A DNA stretch of 55,139 nucleotides. It comes from Salpingoeca rosetta. Taxonomy: Eukaryota; Protista; Choanoflagellata. Positions 1 to 24,544 of the stretch are shown here, piece by piece; position 1 is the first letter of the stretch; each line of letters begins with the position of its first letter. Under the pieces are notes generated by a model that had not been told where the DNA came from, ran no database searches, and saw nothing but the letters and a program-made list of their open reading frames with translations. The position numbers were made by a program, and so were the translations under genes. The DNA lies in NCBI GenBank assembly GCA_033442325.1, contig JAWQFM010000010.1, forward strand, positions 1,275,022 through 1,330,160, written 5' to 3'.

Positions 1-63
1 TGTTTGCCTCACGCCTCTGGCCACGCTTCCCCCCCCCCTTCCGCGGGCCTGCACACTGCACAG

Positions 64-2702
<2,639 letters not shown>

Positions 2703-2770
2703 GGCGCGCACCTCTTGTGCCGCACACACACACACACAAACACTCACTCACTCACTCACTCACTCACTCA

Positions 2771-2810
<40 letters not shown>

Positions 2811-3498
2811 CTCTCTCTCTCGCTGTGACTGTCTTGCGCCCCTTGCCTCCTTCTCTTTCACCCACCTACCACCGCTTTTCTTGTTTGCATCCGCTATATG
2901 CTTGTGAGCGGTGCTGGTCTCGGTGCTATTGTTGTCGGTGTGCAGTGGCCTATTCTTGTCAGACCCTTTCCAATTTGTTGTCGGGTCGGTGAAAAGTTGT
3001 GGCGTGTTGTCGTTGGTGGTGCGGTGATAGCTTGCCAAAGAAGAGGGGGAGGGCGGCATGTTTGTCGATGGGAGTTGTGGCGGTGGGGGCGGCTTGCTTG
3101 TGAAGGAACAGCGTGTGATTTGCGCTTGCTCTTACTATTGTTGCATGTGCATGTGCATGTGCATGACAGCCGTTTGTGTCTGCCACTTTTGCTGCCATCC
3201 TTCCTCCGTTCTTACGACGCCCTCATGTCTTCTTCCACTTCTCTGTTGTTGTTTATGGTGGTGATCGACGAACGAATGAACGCAAAGGTTGCACGTGGAC
3301 AAGGACAAATATGCGAGATAGAGCGGGTGGAGGGGTAAGGAAGTGTTGAGGTGAAGGGGAAGAAGGATGGTGCACAGACGTGGTGATCTGGTGATGTACC
3401 ACAACATACACATACACACAACACATATACACATTCACACTCACACACCACAACACACACACACACACACACACACCACAACATGCACACACACAGAC

Positions 3499-4152
3499 TT
3501 ATGACGAAGGTGTGCTGGTGGTGTGGTCTCCGTTCTGCCCCTTGGTGGCTGCTGCCTGTGCCTCTGGTGCCTTGCCGCTGAGTTTATCAACGGCTTGCTT
3601 GAGCATCTGGTTGCAAAGTGCCGCATATGGGTTGAGCTTCACGGCCTCATGTCGCGCCCAGGCGTTGCCATACATGCCTGCTGTCTCAAAGTCCTTGCGG
3701 GCGCCCTCTGTGTCGCCGTTCAGGCGCTTGAGCACGCCGCGCTGGGCATACACCTGCTGCGCCACCTTGGTGCTCAGCTCGCACTTCTCAATGGCGTAGT
3801 CGAGGTCTTTCATGGCGGAATCCTTGTCGCCCTTCATCTGGTACACCTGCGCGCGGTCGTTGTACCCGGCTGCGCGCGAGGGGTTCTCCTTGATCAGCTC
3901 CGAGAACGCCGCCAGCGCCTCGTCGAGCTTCTGGTCCTCGGCGAGCTTGATGGCGGCCCGCTCCTTCTCGCGCATGCGCTTCTCTTCCTCCGTGTCTTCC
4001 TTCGCGTCCGCTGGGCCGTGCAGCTCGGGCTCCTGTGTTGCAGACCCAAAGGGCATGTTGGGGTTGAAGATGGCCTCAAGCACATCCTCCTCGCACGGCA
4101 CATGCCCCTCTACTTGCTGCTGCTGGGGCTGCTGGTCTGCCTTGTCGGTCAT
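3499..4152 (-). CDS. TTC36: Tetratricopeptide repeat protein 36
   Basis: Single exon from MTDKADQQ. Motifs VLEAIFNPNMPFG, RAAGYNDRAQ, QRGVLKRLNGD, ARKDFETA and LNPYAALCNQML match TTC36. Confidence 0.92.
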   Translation of the reverse strand: MTDKADQQPQQQQVEGHVPCEEDVLEAIFNPNMPFGSATQEPELHGPADAKEDTEEEKRMREKERAAIKLAEDQKLDEALAAFSELIKENPSRAAGYNDRAQVYQMKGDKDSAMKDLDYAIEKCELSTKVAQQVYAQRGVLKRLNGDTEGARKDFETAGMYGNAWARHEAVKLNPYAALCNQMLKQAVDKLSGKAPEAQAAATKGQNGDHTTSTPSS

Positions 4153-4328
4153 CGTGGCCGTCTGTGGGAGCAAGGTGCTTGGGCTGGTGTGGCGTGGTGT
4201 TGCTTGAGTTGTGCTTTGTGTGCGGGAGAATAATGTGCAATCAAAGTTGATTGTGCAAGAAGCGAAGTGTGCAGAAGGAAGAAGAGGAAGGACAGCAGCT
4301 GCTGGTGGTGTGTTGTGTTGTGTTTGCG
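4153..4328. promoter_or_regulatory. Putative bidirectional promoter, TTC36/PEX7
   Basis: 176 bp between divergent ATGs. Confidence 0.6.
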
Positions 4329-6496
<2,168 letters not shown>

Positions 6497-6558
6497 ACCG
6501 ATGGTGTCTGTGTGTGTGTGTGTGTGTCTATCTGTCTGTCTGTCTGTCTGTCTGTGTG

Positions 6559-6635
<77 letters not shown>

Positions 6636-6943
6636 GTGTGTGTGCGTGCATGTACATGCTTTTGCACTTGTGTACTCGTCCGTGTGTGTACATTCACTTC
6701 ACCCTCATCTGCTCGCTGGCACGACAACACTCGCTTGCCTGTTGATTTATCGTTGATTGCACACCACCACGACCACACAACACCTGCTGTGTTATTCCAA
6801 ACCAAGTATCCAACTACTACTAGCTAGTGACGATTTGTTCCAACAATACTATGCAAATACATATGACGACCAAACAAGCAAGAGTGCAAGCACGTGTGCT
6901 CGAGTGGCGCGTATACACGCGAAGGGTCTCCGGCATTCCCAGG

Positions 6944-12884
<5,941 letters not shown>

Positions 12885-12992
12885 GTGTGGTGTGGTGTAT
12901 GTGGTGTGTGTGCGTGCACGTTGTTGTGCTGAAAGTGCGCAGTCGTCCCATTTGTGTGTGTTCATGGTTTGAGACTGAATTCAGGGTCGGTT
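12885..12992. promoter_or_regulatory. Putative bidirectional promoter, TANGO6/ESD
   Basis: 108 bp between the inferred divergent ATGs. Confidence 0.55.
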
Positions 12993-15235
12993 ATGGAGGC
13001 GAAGGAGGACAGTGGAGATGTGCGCGAGGTCGCCTGCTTTCGTTGCCATGACGGCCATCAACGGACGTACGAGCACTGGAGCAGCACCCTCCACTGCCGC
13101 ATGCGCTTCAGCTTCTTCAGCCCTCGAGCGGTGCGTTTGTGTGTATGTGAACGTGCATGTGTGTGTTTGTGTGTGTGTGTGTATGTGTGTGCATGTGTGC
13201 ATGTGTTTGTGCATGTGTATGTGTGCGTGTGTGTGTTTGTGTGTGTGTGTGTGATTGTGTGTGTGTGCATGTGTGTGTGCGTGCATGGGTATGTTCATGT
13301 GTGTGTTTACACGTGTGTGTTTACACGTGTGTATATACGTGTGTGTGTGTTCGGTGCAAACAGAAGCGCAGTCATGATGTCGTGGCCGAGACCATACTGC
13401 TTTCCCGCTCTTCTTTCTCTAACGACATTGTACTCTCCTCATATCCCGTGCCATCACACGCTGCGGACGGTTAGATCAGCAAGCAACGCTTGCCAGTGAT
13501 TTACTTCCTCTCTGGACTCTCCCGAACAGAGCAGACGTGTCCAGAGCAGGTTCACAGCCATGATGCCACGGGTGTTTGCCTTTGAGATGTATGTGTGTGC
13601 TGCACATGTTTTGCTTGCGCGTCAGGCTTGCTCACAAGGACATTGCATCTAATCCAAGCAGCAACTGCGTTGTTTGTTTGTCTGTGTAGGGAGGCACGCA
13701 ACAGTACCTGTGCAAGCACAACCTTTGCATGGTGTGGCCAGGTACGAACGCACATACCCTGTGTGCCTGTGTCTGTGAGTGTGCTGCAGGGCAGGGTGGC
13801 TATGCTGTGCATTGGTGATCCTTGCCTTTCTAATCCTTGCTTGTCATTTCCATGCTTGGCTTACACCCAGACACAAGCCCAAGAGGACTGGAGTTGGACA
13901 AGACCGTAGAATCTGCTTGGTACGGTCCAGGTAAGCCGGGGATCACGCACACATGAATGGATGGTCTTACTTGGTTTACGTTTCGGTCTACATGCTGATG
14001 CTTATACAGACACACATGACTTGAGACGTACACACACACACACTGACGTTGACTCATACACACTCATGTTCACTCAACCACACGTTCACGTTCACTCATA
14101 CACACACTCTCATGTTCACGCATATGCACACACTCTCATGTTCACGCATACACACACTCATGTTCGCTCACAAACTCTCTCATGTTCACTGATATGCATT
14201 CCTTAACGCCTTCGCTCGTGCAGGCGCCAGCTTCTATGTGGATGCGACGGAGAAACCGTGGGAGGACCACTACCGCATGTTCACGTACATCACACAGGAG
14301 CTTCCCGCGCTCATCGAAGAAGTGCGACTGTGCGCGTGCACACCTGCATGCCGCTGTGTGAAGACAAATCATGTGCTGAACACTGTACGTTTGTGATATG
14401 CGTTGACGTGATGTGGCGTCTTGTAACGTGCGGTGTCTTGCTTGCTTGCTTGTGTTATCGCGTTGCTTGTTGAGCCAGCGCTTCAACGTCACCAAGGAGA
14501 AGGGCGTCTGCGGGCACAGCATGGGTGGACACGGTGTGTTTGCCATCTTGGTCGTGTGCATGCTGCTCACTTTTCTGGCTGATGTGACGTGACTGATGTC
14601 CCTCCAGTCAACACTCATCACGCTCTCGTTGCCACCAACACTGCACGCAGGTGCTCTCATGTGCATGCTCAAGCAACCCAAACTCTTCAATTCTGTCTCC
14701 GTCTTTGCGCCCTTGTGCTCCACTATGTCAGTGTGCATGTGTGTTTCAGTGTGTGTGTGTGTTACAGTGTATGTGTGTGCGTGTGTTTACGTAATGTGTG
14801 TCAATGTGTGCGTGTGTGCGAGCCATGGTTGGCAAAGTTTCGAAGCTGCATTCTTGCATGTTGTTCCTCACCGTCTGATTCCTGATGATGTGCACCTCGC
14901 CCATCTCGCTTGGTATCCATGATCTCTGCAGCAAGTCCCCTGTCAGCCAGCGCGCAATGCTGCGATACTTTGGCGAAGACAAGTACGTTGATTGACATGA
15001 GTTGGATCAAGGGGCAATTGTACACAATGCGTGTGTGTGTATGTGTGTGTTTGCATTACTGTGTGCAGCATTGAGTGTCGGTGCACAATTGCTCAAGCTT
15101 GTGTGCATGTTCGCTGCTGTCGTGCACAGGGGCGCGTGGGCACCTTGGGACGTGTTGACGCTGGCACTGCAGCTCCCGAAGGACACCAGCCCCATTCCAA
15201 TTCTCATCGACCAGGCGTGTGTGTGTGTGTGTGTG

Positions 15236-15283
<48 letters not shown>

Positions 15284-15301
15284 CGTTGTTGTTGCTGCTG
15301 C

Positions 15302-15346
<45 letters not shown>

Positions 15347-15370
15347 CGTTGTTGTTGCTGCTGCTGCTGC

Positions 15371-15455
<85 letters not shown>

Positions 15456-15842
15456 GTAGTTGTTGNNNNNNNNNNNNNNNNNNNNNNNNNNNNNNNNNNN
15501 NNNNNNNNNNNNNNNNNNNNNNNNNNNNNNNNNNNNNNNNNNNNNNNNNNNNNNNNNNNNNNNNNTGTGTGTGTGTGTGTGTGTGTGTGTCCGCCTATCC
15601 ATCTGACCATGCATGAGAGTGTGCTGCTGGCCTTCAGGCCCTGTGTTTACGCATGGCATTACCCTTTCACTCATACTGACATTCACTCACCACTGCACAT
15701 GGATATGTTGCATCAGGTCACCTACCGCCGGCAGGAGGAGTTTGGGCATGGCTACTACTTCCTGCAAACGTTCATCGCAGACCACATTTCCTTCCACGCC
15801 AAGCACCTCAACCCACCACCACCACCACCATCATCGTCGTAG
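12993..15842 (+). CDS. ESD: S-formylglutathione hydrolase / esterase D; one exon probably lost in the N gap
   Basis: Exons give [56 protein letters not shown], the nucleophile elbow [22 protein letters not shown] and [22 protein letters not shown]. Confidence 0.93.
15466..15565. other. Assembly gap (100 N) flanked by (GTT)n and (GT)n repeats
   Basis: Run of N. Confidence 1.
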
Positions 15843-15938
15843 TTGTGGCGAGCACGGCGCGTGACGATACAGTGCCCGAACGCTTGTTAGATCACTCTCC
15901 CTTTGGCTAGTGTGCTTGCTCTTGCGCGCGCGCGTGTG

Positions 15939-16012
<74 letters not shown>

Positions 16013-16247
16013 CACTCTTTGCTCCAAGCTCCTTCGCCCCATTCTTCGCTGCCTTGCTTCCTTGCGGACATCTACAGTGAACCAGCATCCTAAGTGTTTA
16101 TGTGTGCTGGTCTGGTGATGGTCGTGGTGGTGGCGATGATTGAAATGATTGCAACACAAGCAACGTGCTTGATCAAGAAGAACATTGAAATCACACAACC
16201 ACTGCATAACGGATGAAGCGAGACCAAGACGCGAGCGAAGAGCCATG

Positions 16248-16296
<49 letters not shown>

Positions 16297-16334
16297 TGTG
16301 TGTGTCTGTGTGTGTCTGTGTCTGTGTGTCGCCA

Positions 16335-17459
16335 TCAGTCCACGACACGGACGTTGAAGAGCCTGATCTCCGTGTCAAAGAGGAACGGCGGCTGAAGGTT
16401 CTTGAGGAAGATGACCGACCAGAAGAATGCGGTGAACCAGATGGACGAGCGCCCGCTGCCCTGGTACCGCCGCGTGATAATCGGATGCGGCACGGGCAGG
16501 AGACCAACCAGCGTGCCGTTCTTGAGGAACTCAATCACCTCAACCTCATGCGTCACGCTCCTGCAATGAATGCGTAACGGTAAGGGGAGGGAGCAAGGCA
16601 AAGGGCGTGTTGTGTGGTGACATGATGGATGGGTGGAGTGTGAATGGATCAAAGACATACATGACATAACGTCTTGATTGACACGGTTGTGCTTGAATGT
16701 ATGCAAGCAGTACAGCACCACGTGTGCACGAGTGTACAAACACGCACACATATACACACATACATACACTCGTACACGCACTCGTACACGCACTCACACA
16801 CACACACTCGTGTAAACACACACACACACAAACATCATGCACACATGCACATTCACACACAGAGTAACAACTCAAAGCAAGCCTTGCATGTGTGTGTACG
16901 CACTTGTCTGAGCAGAGACGCTCGACCTGCGGGACGAGGACTTTGAGCAGTCGCTGGATCGTCTGCAGCGGCAGGTGCGGGAACCACGAGTCAAGCTGCA
17001 CGGGGGGGGGGGGGAGGGGGAGAGGAATGATGGGGTATGGGGTATGGGGGGGAATATGATGTGATGGGTGGATGCGAGATGCGTGTGAGGATGATAACGG
17101 AGAGTGATTCGGGGAACAGAGTATGGACGCATGCATCACACACACGTACACACACATGTACACACGTGCGCACGCGGTTTTTTTTTTTGTTTTGAGTCAT
17201 ACGCGAGCACCACGCACCCAGTCCTGTGTCGGCTGCCAGCCGGTACGGGCTGACACGATGGCCGTTTCCTGCACACCAGAGGTGCCTGCCTGCTGCTGCT
17301 GATGTTGCTGCTGCTGCTGCTGTGTGTCAGCGACAGTAAAGTGCTCGGTTGCGTCAGATGGCTTGAGTGTTGACTGGATGACGGCGCGCTGCTGCGCGGG
17401 CGTCGCGTCCGCCACGGGCCGCTCCGGCGCATACACATTCAGTGCCTAGGCGGCCCAGA

Positions 17460-17545
<86 letters not shown>

Positions 17546-18464
17546 CGTGCGTGCGTGCGTGTGTGCGTGTGTGCGTGTGAGCGTGTGAGCGTGCGTGTGT
17601 GCGCGCGCGCGCGCGTGTGTATGTGTGTGCGTGCGTGTGTGCGTGTGTGCGTGTGAGCGTGCGTGTGCGCGCGCGCGTGTGTGTGTGTGTTCGGTGTCAG
17701 TTTGCAGCGTGAGATGAAGAATTGAAATGAGTGAGAAGTTGCATGTGCAATTTTCGCAATCCATGCCCACGTATCAAGTGATGCAATAGCCCCTTGTCAG
17801 AATACCTCGGCTGCCTGGTCGCGCGGGTAAGCTGGGTGCTTCGCATGCGGCCTTGTGCGTGCGTGCGTGTGCGTGTGTGTGTATGATATGGCGACATAAC
17901 GAGGGGAGGCGATGATGGTGAGGCTCAAGAGTCGAACAAAGCAACTGAAACAACGGATGAGACAACACAGCAAACGAAAATCACGCGTGCGCACACATCA
18001 ACCACAAGCACACAGCTGAGCGTGTGAGCTTACGGCAGCGGGTGGGATGGGTCGACGCCTCTTGGATCAGCCGGCGCTGCCTGCTGCGCTTCGCTGCTCA
18101 CATCACCCTCTGCAGTCGCTGCGGTAGCGGTGGAAGTGGCAGCCTGTGCTTGGTCACTCTCCTGCTGCTGTTCCTCTTCCCCATGCGCGCCTTGCTCCTC
18201 ATCGCCTGCATCACCAGTCCCCTGCGTGCCGGCCTCCTCCTCGTCATCCTCTTCATTCTCGTCATCCTCTTCATTCTCGTCATCCTCATTGTTCTGTCCT
18301 TCCTCTTCCTCTCCCCCTTCCTCCTCCTGCTGCTGCTGCGTGGTGTCGGTGTCGTGTGGAAGCGTGAGAGCTGAGAGGTCGAAGAAGAGGGACCGCCGTC
18401 GGATGATGCAGTACACCAGGTGCTGGTTGCCCTCAAACTGGTACTGGATCAGGTTGTTGAACGC

Positions 18465-18551
<87 letters not shown>

Positions 18552-19540
18552 AATCGAGAGCACACAGGCGTAGAGTGACGCCACAGTCTCTTCTTACACA
18601 TGACGCACAACATGGCATCTTGCACCTGACATCCCAGCAGCGCGCACCAGGACGGCGTACCTCGAGCAGGAAGAAGACGAGCCGGTGGTTTGGTTCGCTG
18701 GCGAAGATGTACTTGCGCGACGAAAACACCTGGAAGAGATGCACGAGCTTGTTGGCAGACTGCAGCGACAGCCGCTTTACAAACGGCGAAACTGAAGGGT
18801 AATGATGATGATGGTGGTGGTGGTGGTACAGGTGAAGAAGAGTGTCGTGAGTAGTGGCGCAAAGAGACATTGGCAACATGTCGAGGTGAGTGTGGTTTGG
18901 AGATTGAAGGTAAATGGCACGTGCCACAAAGCACACAGCTGAGGCGATACGTACTGTTGACGACAATGGTGAGAATGAGCTCGTAGAGGGACGTCAGGCG
19001 ACGGTTGTTCGCTGCAGCACACAAGAAAGCGTGGGGGTGGGTGGAAGCGTAAGCTCAGGGGACTTGCAACGAATGCTCGATCTGTCACGGCCCTCAAAAA
19101 ATGAACACGCACACACACACGCACACGCACACACACACACGCACACACACACACACACGCACACGCACACACGCACACGCACACGCACACACGCACACAC
19201 ACGCACACACACACACACACGCCGCGCGCCTCCACCTTCACAAGCGCAAACACACGCACACATCGACGCGACCACCACCACCACGACTGCTGCCACCGCA
19301 CTTGTGAGGACGGCGTGAAGGACCATAATCATGAGATCGGCGTAGTTGCCGTTGCTGAAGGGGATCCCTTCAAACCGCACACTCGCATCCCACTCCTGCA
19401 CAACACACAGCACACATGCGAGCAGCAGCAATAACAACCAAGCACACATCCACCACACACGTGCATGGATGGTTTGTTGGATGCTTGTGAGGACGCAGCT
19501 GCATACGCCAGCGCAAGCCAGCTTTCGTATGGTTGCGCGC

Positions 19541-19593
<53 letters not shown>

Positions 19594-22381
19594 TGTGTGT
19601 GTGTGACCGCACCTTGTTGAGGCGGACGGAGAAGTTGCGCTGGCCGCTCAGCAGCAGCAGCGTGTACACGCAGATGTGCACCAGCCCAATTTGGCCTTGG
19701 CGCGTTCAGACACAACGCACATGGAAGGATGAGAGGCAGCATAGGGCAAATTGATGAATGACAACAGAGTTTGCGAGACTGATCAGATTACATTACATGG
19801 TAGACGCGATGGAAACAGCCAACCTCAACAGCATACATTGGTACATGAACCGTGCAGCTGCTATCAACACACCCACACACACCACAGTCCATTGGTCTCC
19901 ACGCAGGCATGCACACACACACACACACCTGGCACGTCTTTGTTGTCGTTGAGCCGGTAGAGAACAGGCAGCAGCACATCGAGCACCTGAAAGGAGGAGG
20001 AGACAAGGAATATGCGCGCGCGCGTGTGTGTGTGTGTGTGTGTGCGTGTGTGTGTGTGCGTGTGTGCGTGTTGGCGTTAAGTGGGACGGTCGCACATGGC
20101 CATCGCTGCTGTCAGTGTCGGCATCACATCATGGTGGTGATGGTGGTGGTGAATTGCCGACCTTGCCGGTGCGGAGGATGCGAGACACAAAGGCCTTGTT
20201 GGTTTCGCAGATGCGCCAGAACAGAGTGATCAGCTCTGCAGCCACAACATGTACATTGCATGCGGTGAGTGGTTGTGGCTCGCAGGAACTCAATTGTATG
20301 TTTCATACACACACAGCTTCAACACATGCCGATCATCGTCACACAATCCTTCCCGACACACACGCACGCACACACACACATACACACGCACACACATACA
20401 TACACACACACACCGTGGTGCATATCGACGGCCTTGAAGGAGGCGGGGAGATATGAGCCCTGCAGGGGATTGTTGAGCAGACGGGCGATGTTGTCCGCCA
20501 CAAAATCAAAGTCCTCCTCGCTCTAGTTACGATGCAACACACGAACGAAGAAAACGTAAAGCGTGTGATGTGAGGGGTCAGGAAACCATGGAAGCAACGG
20601 CAAGACACAGGTAGTGTTAACATAATGTTCCCTGTCGATCACGTGAACTACAGAGACGGCACTGCCAAGTTGTCACGCTGCTGCCATCACCACCCACGAT
20701 ACCACCACGCGCATCACAACAACCATCACAATTACACCCGACCACCACCACCACCACCACCACCACCATGGCGACTGTGCACCTTGAGGGAGGCGATCCA
20801 GTCGATGAAGACGTTGCTGCCGTGCGGGGCGCCCTCGGGATCAGACGGCTGCGGATATGGCACAAAGTCGAGCAGCAGACACAGCACCTCCCCGCTCAGC
20901 TGGACACACACGCACGCACACACACACACACATGCACGCACACACACACACATGAGAGGGGACAAGGGGTAATGTGAGAGGAAGAGGTGGTGATATTGCT
21001 TGGGATGCGAACACCAGCACATGCACACGAGTGGTGTGGATGCACGAAAACAAAAACAAACAAAACAAAACAAACAACAAACAAACAAGCAGACACGAAT
21101 GCTCAATCACCTGTGCAAGCTTGTCGCGGTCGTCGTCCGGCATCATGACGTAATTGTAGGGCAAGCCGTAGCCAATTGGATCGTACGAGCACAGCGCATT
21201 CAGCAGCGAGCGCACAATCACAAGCGTGTTGCGGTGCGACCCGCCTGTGACACACGGCACACACACACACGCGAAAACACACACACACACAAGTCGAATA
21301 AATGAGACAGCAGCAAGGCTTGAAGTGGTCGCCTGAGAAAACATCACCCACGCCCACCCCAGGCGCAATCCCCTGCCAGTCAACATTCAAAACAAGCACC
21401 ATCCAACAAACAACATTCAACATACAACGTTCAACGTTCAACGTCAGCGGACCTGCGACAAAGGTGAGCCAGGGGTCGGCACGCACATCCAGGCTGTGGT
21501 GGTGGTGATACAGCGGGCGGGAGAAGCACGCCAGCAGCAGACGCAGCAGATCGCACCGCCGCTGCACAAACTTGGGCCGCTCTGCCGACGCTGCCTTCGC
21601 CTCAACGCCCGTGTACCTGATACGCCGTAGTGGGAATTGGGGGGGGGGGCGTAACGGTGATGTCAGCGAGAGTGAGTATGTGCATGTGTGTGTGTGTGTG
21701 TGTGGTTGTCCTAAAAACGCGCTATTCATGTGCTGTTCATGCATGGTTATTCACCGTGGAGCAGACACAACCACCACCACCACCAGCAGCGCATGCGAGC
21801 GGGCATGTGGTGTGCAGCACCAGGTGAGGTCGAGGGCGTGGATGGCGGCGAGTGGACGGCAGGCGACAGGATATGTTGAGCCAAACGACAGCGACCGCTG
21901 TTGCGCATGGGGAAGTGGGAGATGTGCACGTGAGATGAGCACATGGACGCGCGTGGGAGACGCGAATAAGTACATTTGTTGAAGCAAAACGGGGGGGGGG
22001 AGCATCACCACACGCACGCACGCACGCACACACGCACGCACACGCACACGCACACGCACACACGCACACACACACGCACGCACACACACACACACGCACA
22101 CACACACACATACGCACGCACGCACACGCACGCACACACACACACGCACACACACACACACATACGCACGCACGCACACGCGCGCGCAAACACACACCAC
22201 GTTCTTGAGGACGCTGTACCCTGGTGCGAACATCAGATCCTGTTGAAGGTGATGATGTGCACACGTGTGGTGAGCATGCATGCACGCATGTACGCAATGA
22301 GTGCACGGGCATGCGTAGCAAATCAGAGCCCATACCAACCAGCAATGCCCAAAAACGAACAAGGCACGCCAACAACACATC

Positions 22382-22423
<42 letters not shown>

Positions 22424-23769
22424 ATGAAAACAGGTGTGGCTTGTGTAAACCACATGTGTGAGTGCGTGCTTGTTCGCACCAGGACGGCCATGAGGAGGGT
22501 CTCAAAGAGGGCCGGTGGCGGGTTGGTCGGCATCTCGGCCACCTCCAGGTCCGCTTGCCGCTGCAGAATTGCCTCCTGCTTCACGTTGTCGGGGCATCCT
22601 TTCACATACCCGTCCTCAATCGACCCTTCCGGCTGATGTGCGTATGCGTGCAGACGTGCAATGTGGGCATCATAGTGCTTTGCGTGTAAGCTCAACAGGC
22701 AGGCTCCACACCTCCAAGGACAAGAGCGCATGCGGTGGTGTTCTAACTTGTGTCACGTTTGCACGCGTACATGTGTGCATGTAAATGCACGTGACTGTGC
22801 GTGTGCAGGCACGTGAACGCTGTCAGCGCTGAGGTTGAGCGCCGTCAGAATATGGCGTACCAGAGAAACGGCGACGCCAATGGGGGTGGCGGTGAGCCAG
22901 AAGTCTTCCCACGACGGGTCCTCGAACATGATGGGAAGCACGCGGGTCAACAGCCGCACGATGTTGCCCACTGCAACGAGCAGCACGCAGAGCCGCAACG
23001 GGAGATTGGCGGTGCCACGCCTGTGAGTGCGTGCACATACGCAAACAAGTATGTGGCGCCACGACTCGTACACAACGGAGAATATACAGTGGTGCAGACA
23101 ACGTGCAGAACGTGCACATCACACCACACAAAGCACACCAGCTCATGACCTGCCACAGCCGCCGCAATTCGACCCACCTTGGACTTTTGCTTCCTGGCTT
23201 GCCACAGCGCCCTGTCGCGTGTGCGCCGCCAGCGTGACAACTGCGCGGCGAATCAGCGTTGCAAGGTTCTTGGGACACTTGGACCGCACTTCCCGCAGCG
23301 CATCAGACGTGAATGCCTTGTACAGCTGTTGCGTGAGTGTGTGTGTGTGTGTGATCGTGTGTGTGTATGTGTGTGTGATCGTGTGTGTGTGTATGTGTGT
23401 GTGTGTGTGTGTGTCGTTGCGGCACGATCGGACTCACAATTCTTCAAGCGAGCACACCAGCAAACAAGCACACAAGCAAACAAGCACACCAGCAAACAAG
23501 CAAACAAGCAAGCAAACAAGCATTTGCATTGCCATCTCCAACCCCAGCCACAACAACAACCACAACTCCAACCACAGCCAACACCACAACCGCAACTTCG
23601 ACTACAATCACACAATCACAACCACAACACGCCGAACCTCTTCGTTTGTGATGGCCTCCTCTGTGGGCCAGAACTTGGACCAGAAGGCCTCATCCTGCAT
23701 CTCAATCACATCCACGCGCGAGGACAGCTCCTGCGCCGCACCAGCCAACACGCTCGTTGCACCTCCCAT
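16335..23769 (-). CDS. HID1: HID1 (Hid-1/Ecm30 family) peripheral Golgi protein
   Basis: N-terminus MGGATS...DEAFWSKFW, then PKNLATL, RLLTRVLPIMFEDPSW, SLLNALCSYDPIGYGLPYN, LLLLSGQRNFSVRLNK, FNNLIQYQFEGNQHLVY, LPLQTIQRLL, and C-terminus FLKNGTLVGLLPVPHPIITRRY...FDTEIRLFNV. Many GT-AG introns. Confidence 0.95.
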
Positions 23770-24145
23770 GTTGATGACGATGGTGTCTTGTGTCTTCTCT
23801 CCGTTGCTGGTCTCTGCTGTTCCTTGTCTGCGTTGTCCTTTCCCTCGCTTGCTTGCTGGCTTTTCTTCGCTTTGCTTGTTCCTCTCTTTCTTCTTTGCTG
23901 CTACTCTCTCGATAGTCAAAGTTGCCTTTGTGGAGTGAATGGCAAAATTTGCCTTTGTTGGATTCCACGAGAAATTATGTGGCCGTTGCCACATCCAGCA
24001 AAGCGCACCACCACGCAAGCCAGCCATCAAATCACGGCCAGCCACACAACAACACCCAAACAAAAACCAACAGCCACCGCGCCAACGGCACCCATCCGCG
24101 CACAGCGCAAACAAACCACCAACCCACAAAACAACAACACACACG
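23770..24145. promoter_or_regulatory. Putative bidirectional promoter, HID1/ZF-MULE gene
   Basis: 376 bp between divergent ATGs. Confidence 0.55.
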
Positions 24146-24476
24146 ATGGACGAGCCACAGTCGCAGGCGGTGGAACAAAACCCTGCCCCTGCAACGCCAA
24201 CTACAACAACAACAACACCCACCACCACCGCCAACAACAACAACAACAACGGTAACGATGATGAAACGGCCGGTAGTAGCAGCGACAACCGTGATGCCAA
24301 TGCAGAAGCACCGCACACAGACGCTGTTTCGCCTGCGAGTGTACCGGCTCCGGCACCTACAACAGACACACCACTACAGGAGCCTGGCGGGCAAGATGCC
24401 ACTTCGACGTCGGTCGTGCTTGCAATCCCGGAATCAACTGTGCGCGCAGCAGCCCAACTCTTGCAACAACGCCAGC

Positions 24477-24544
<68 letters not shown>

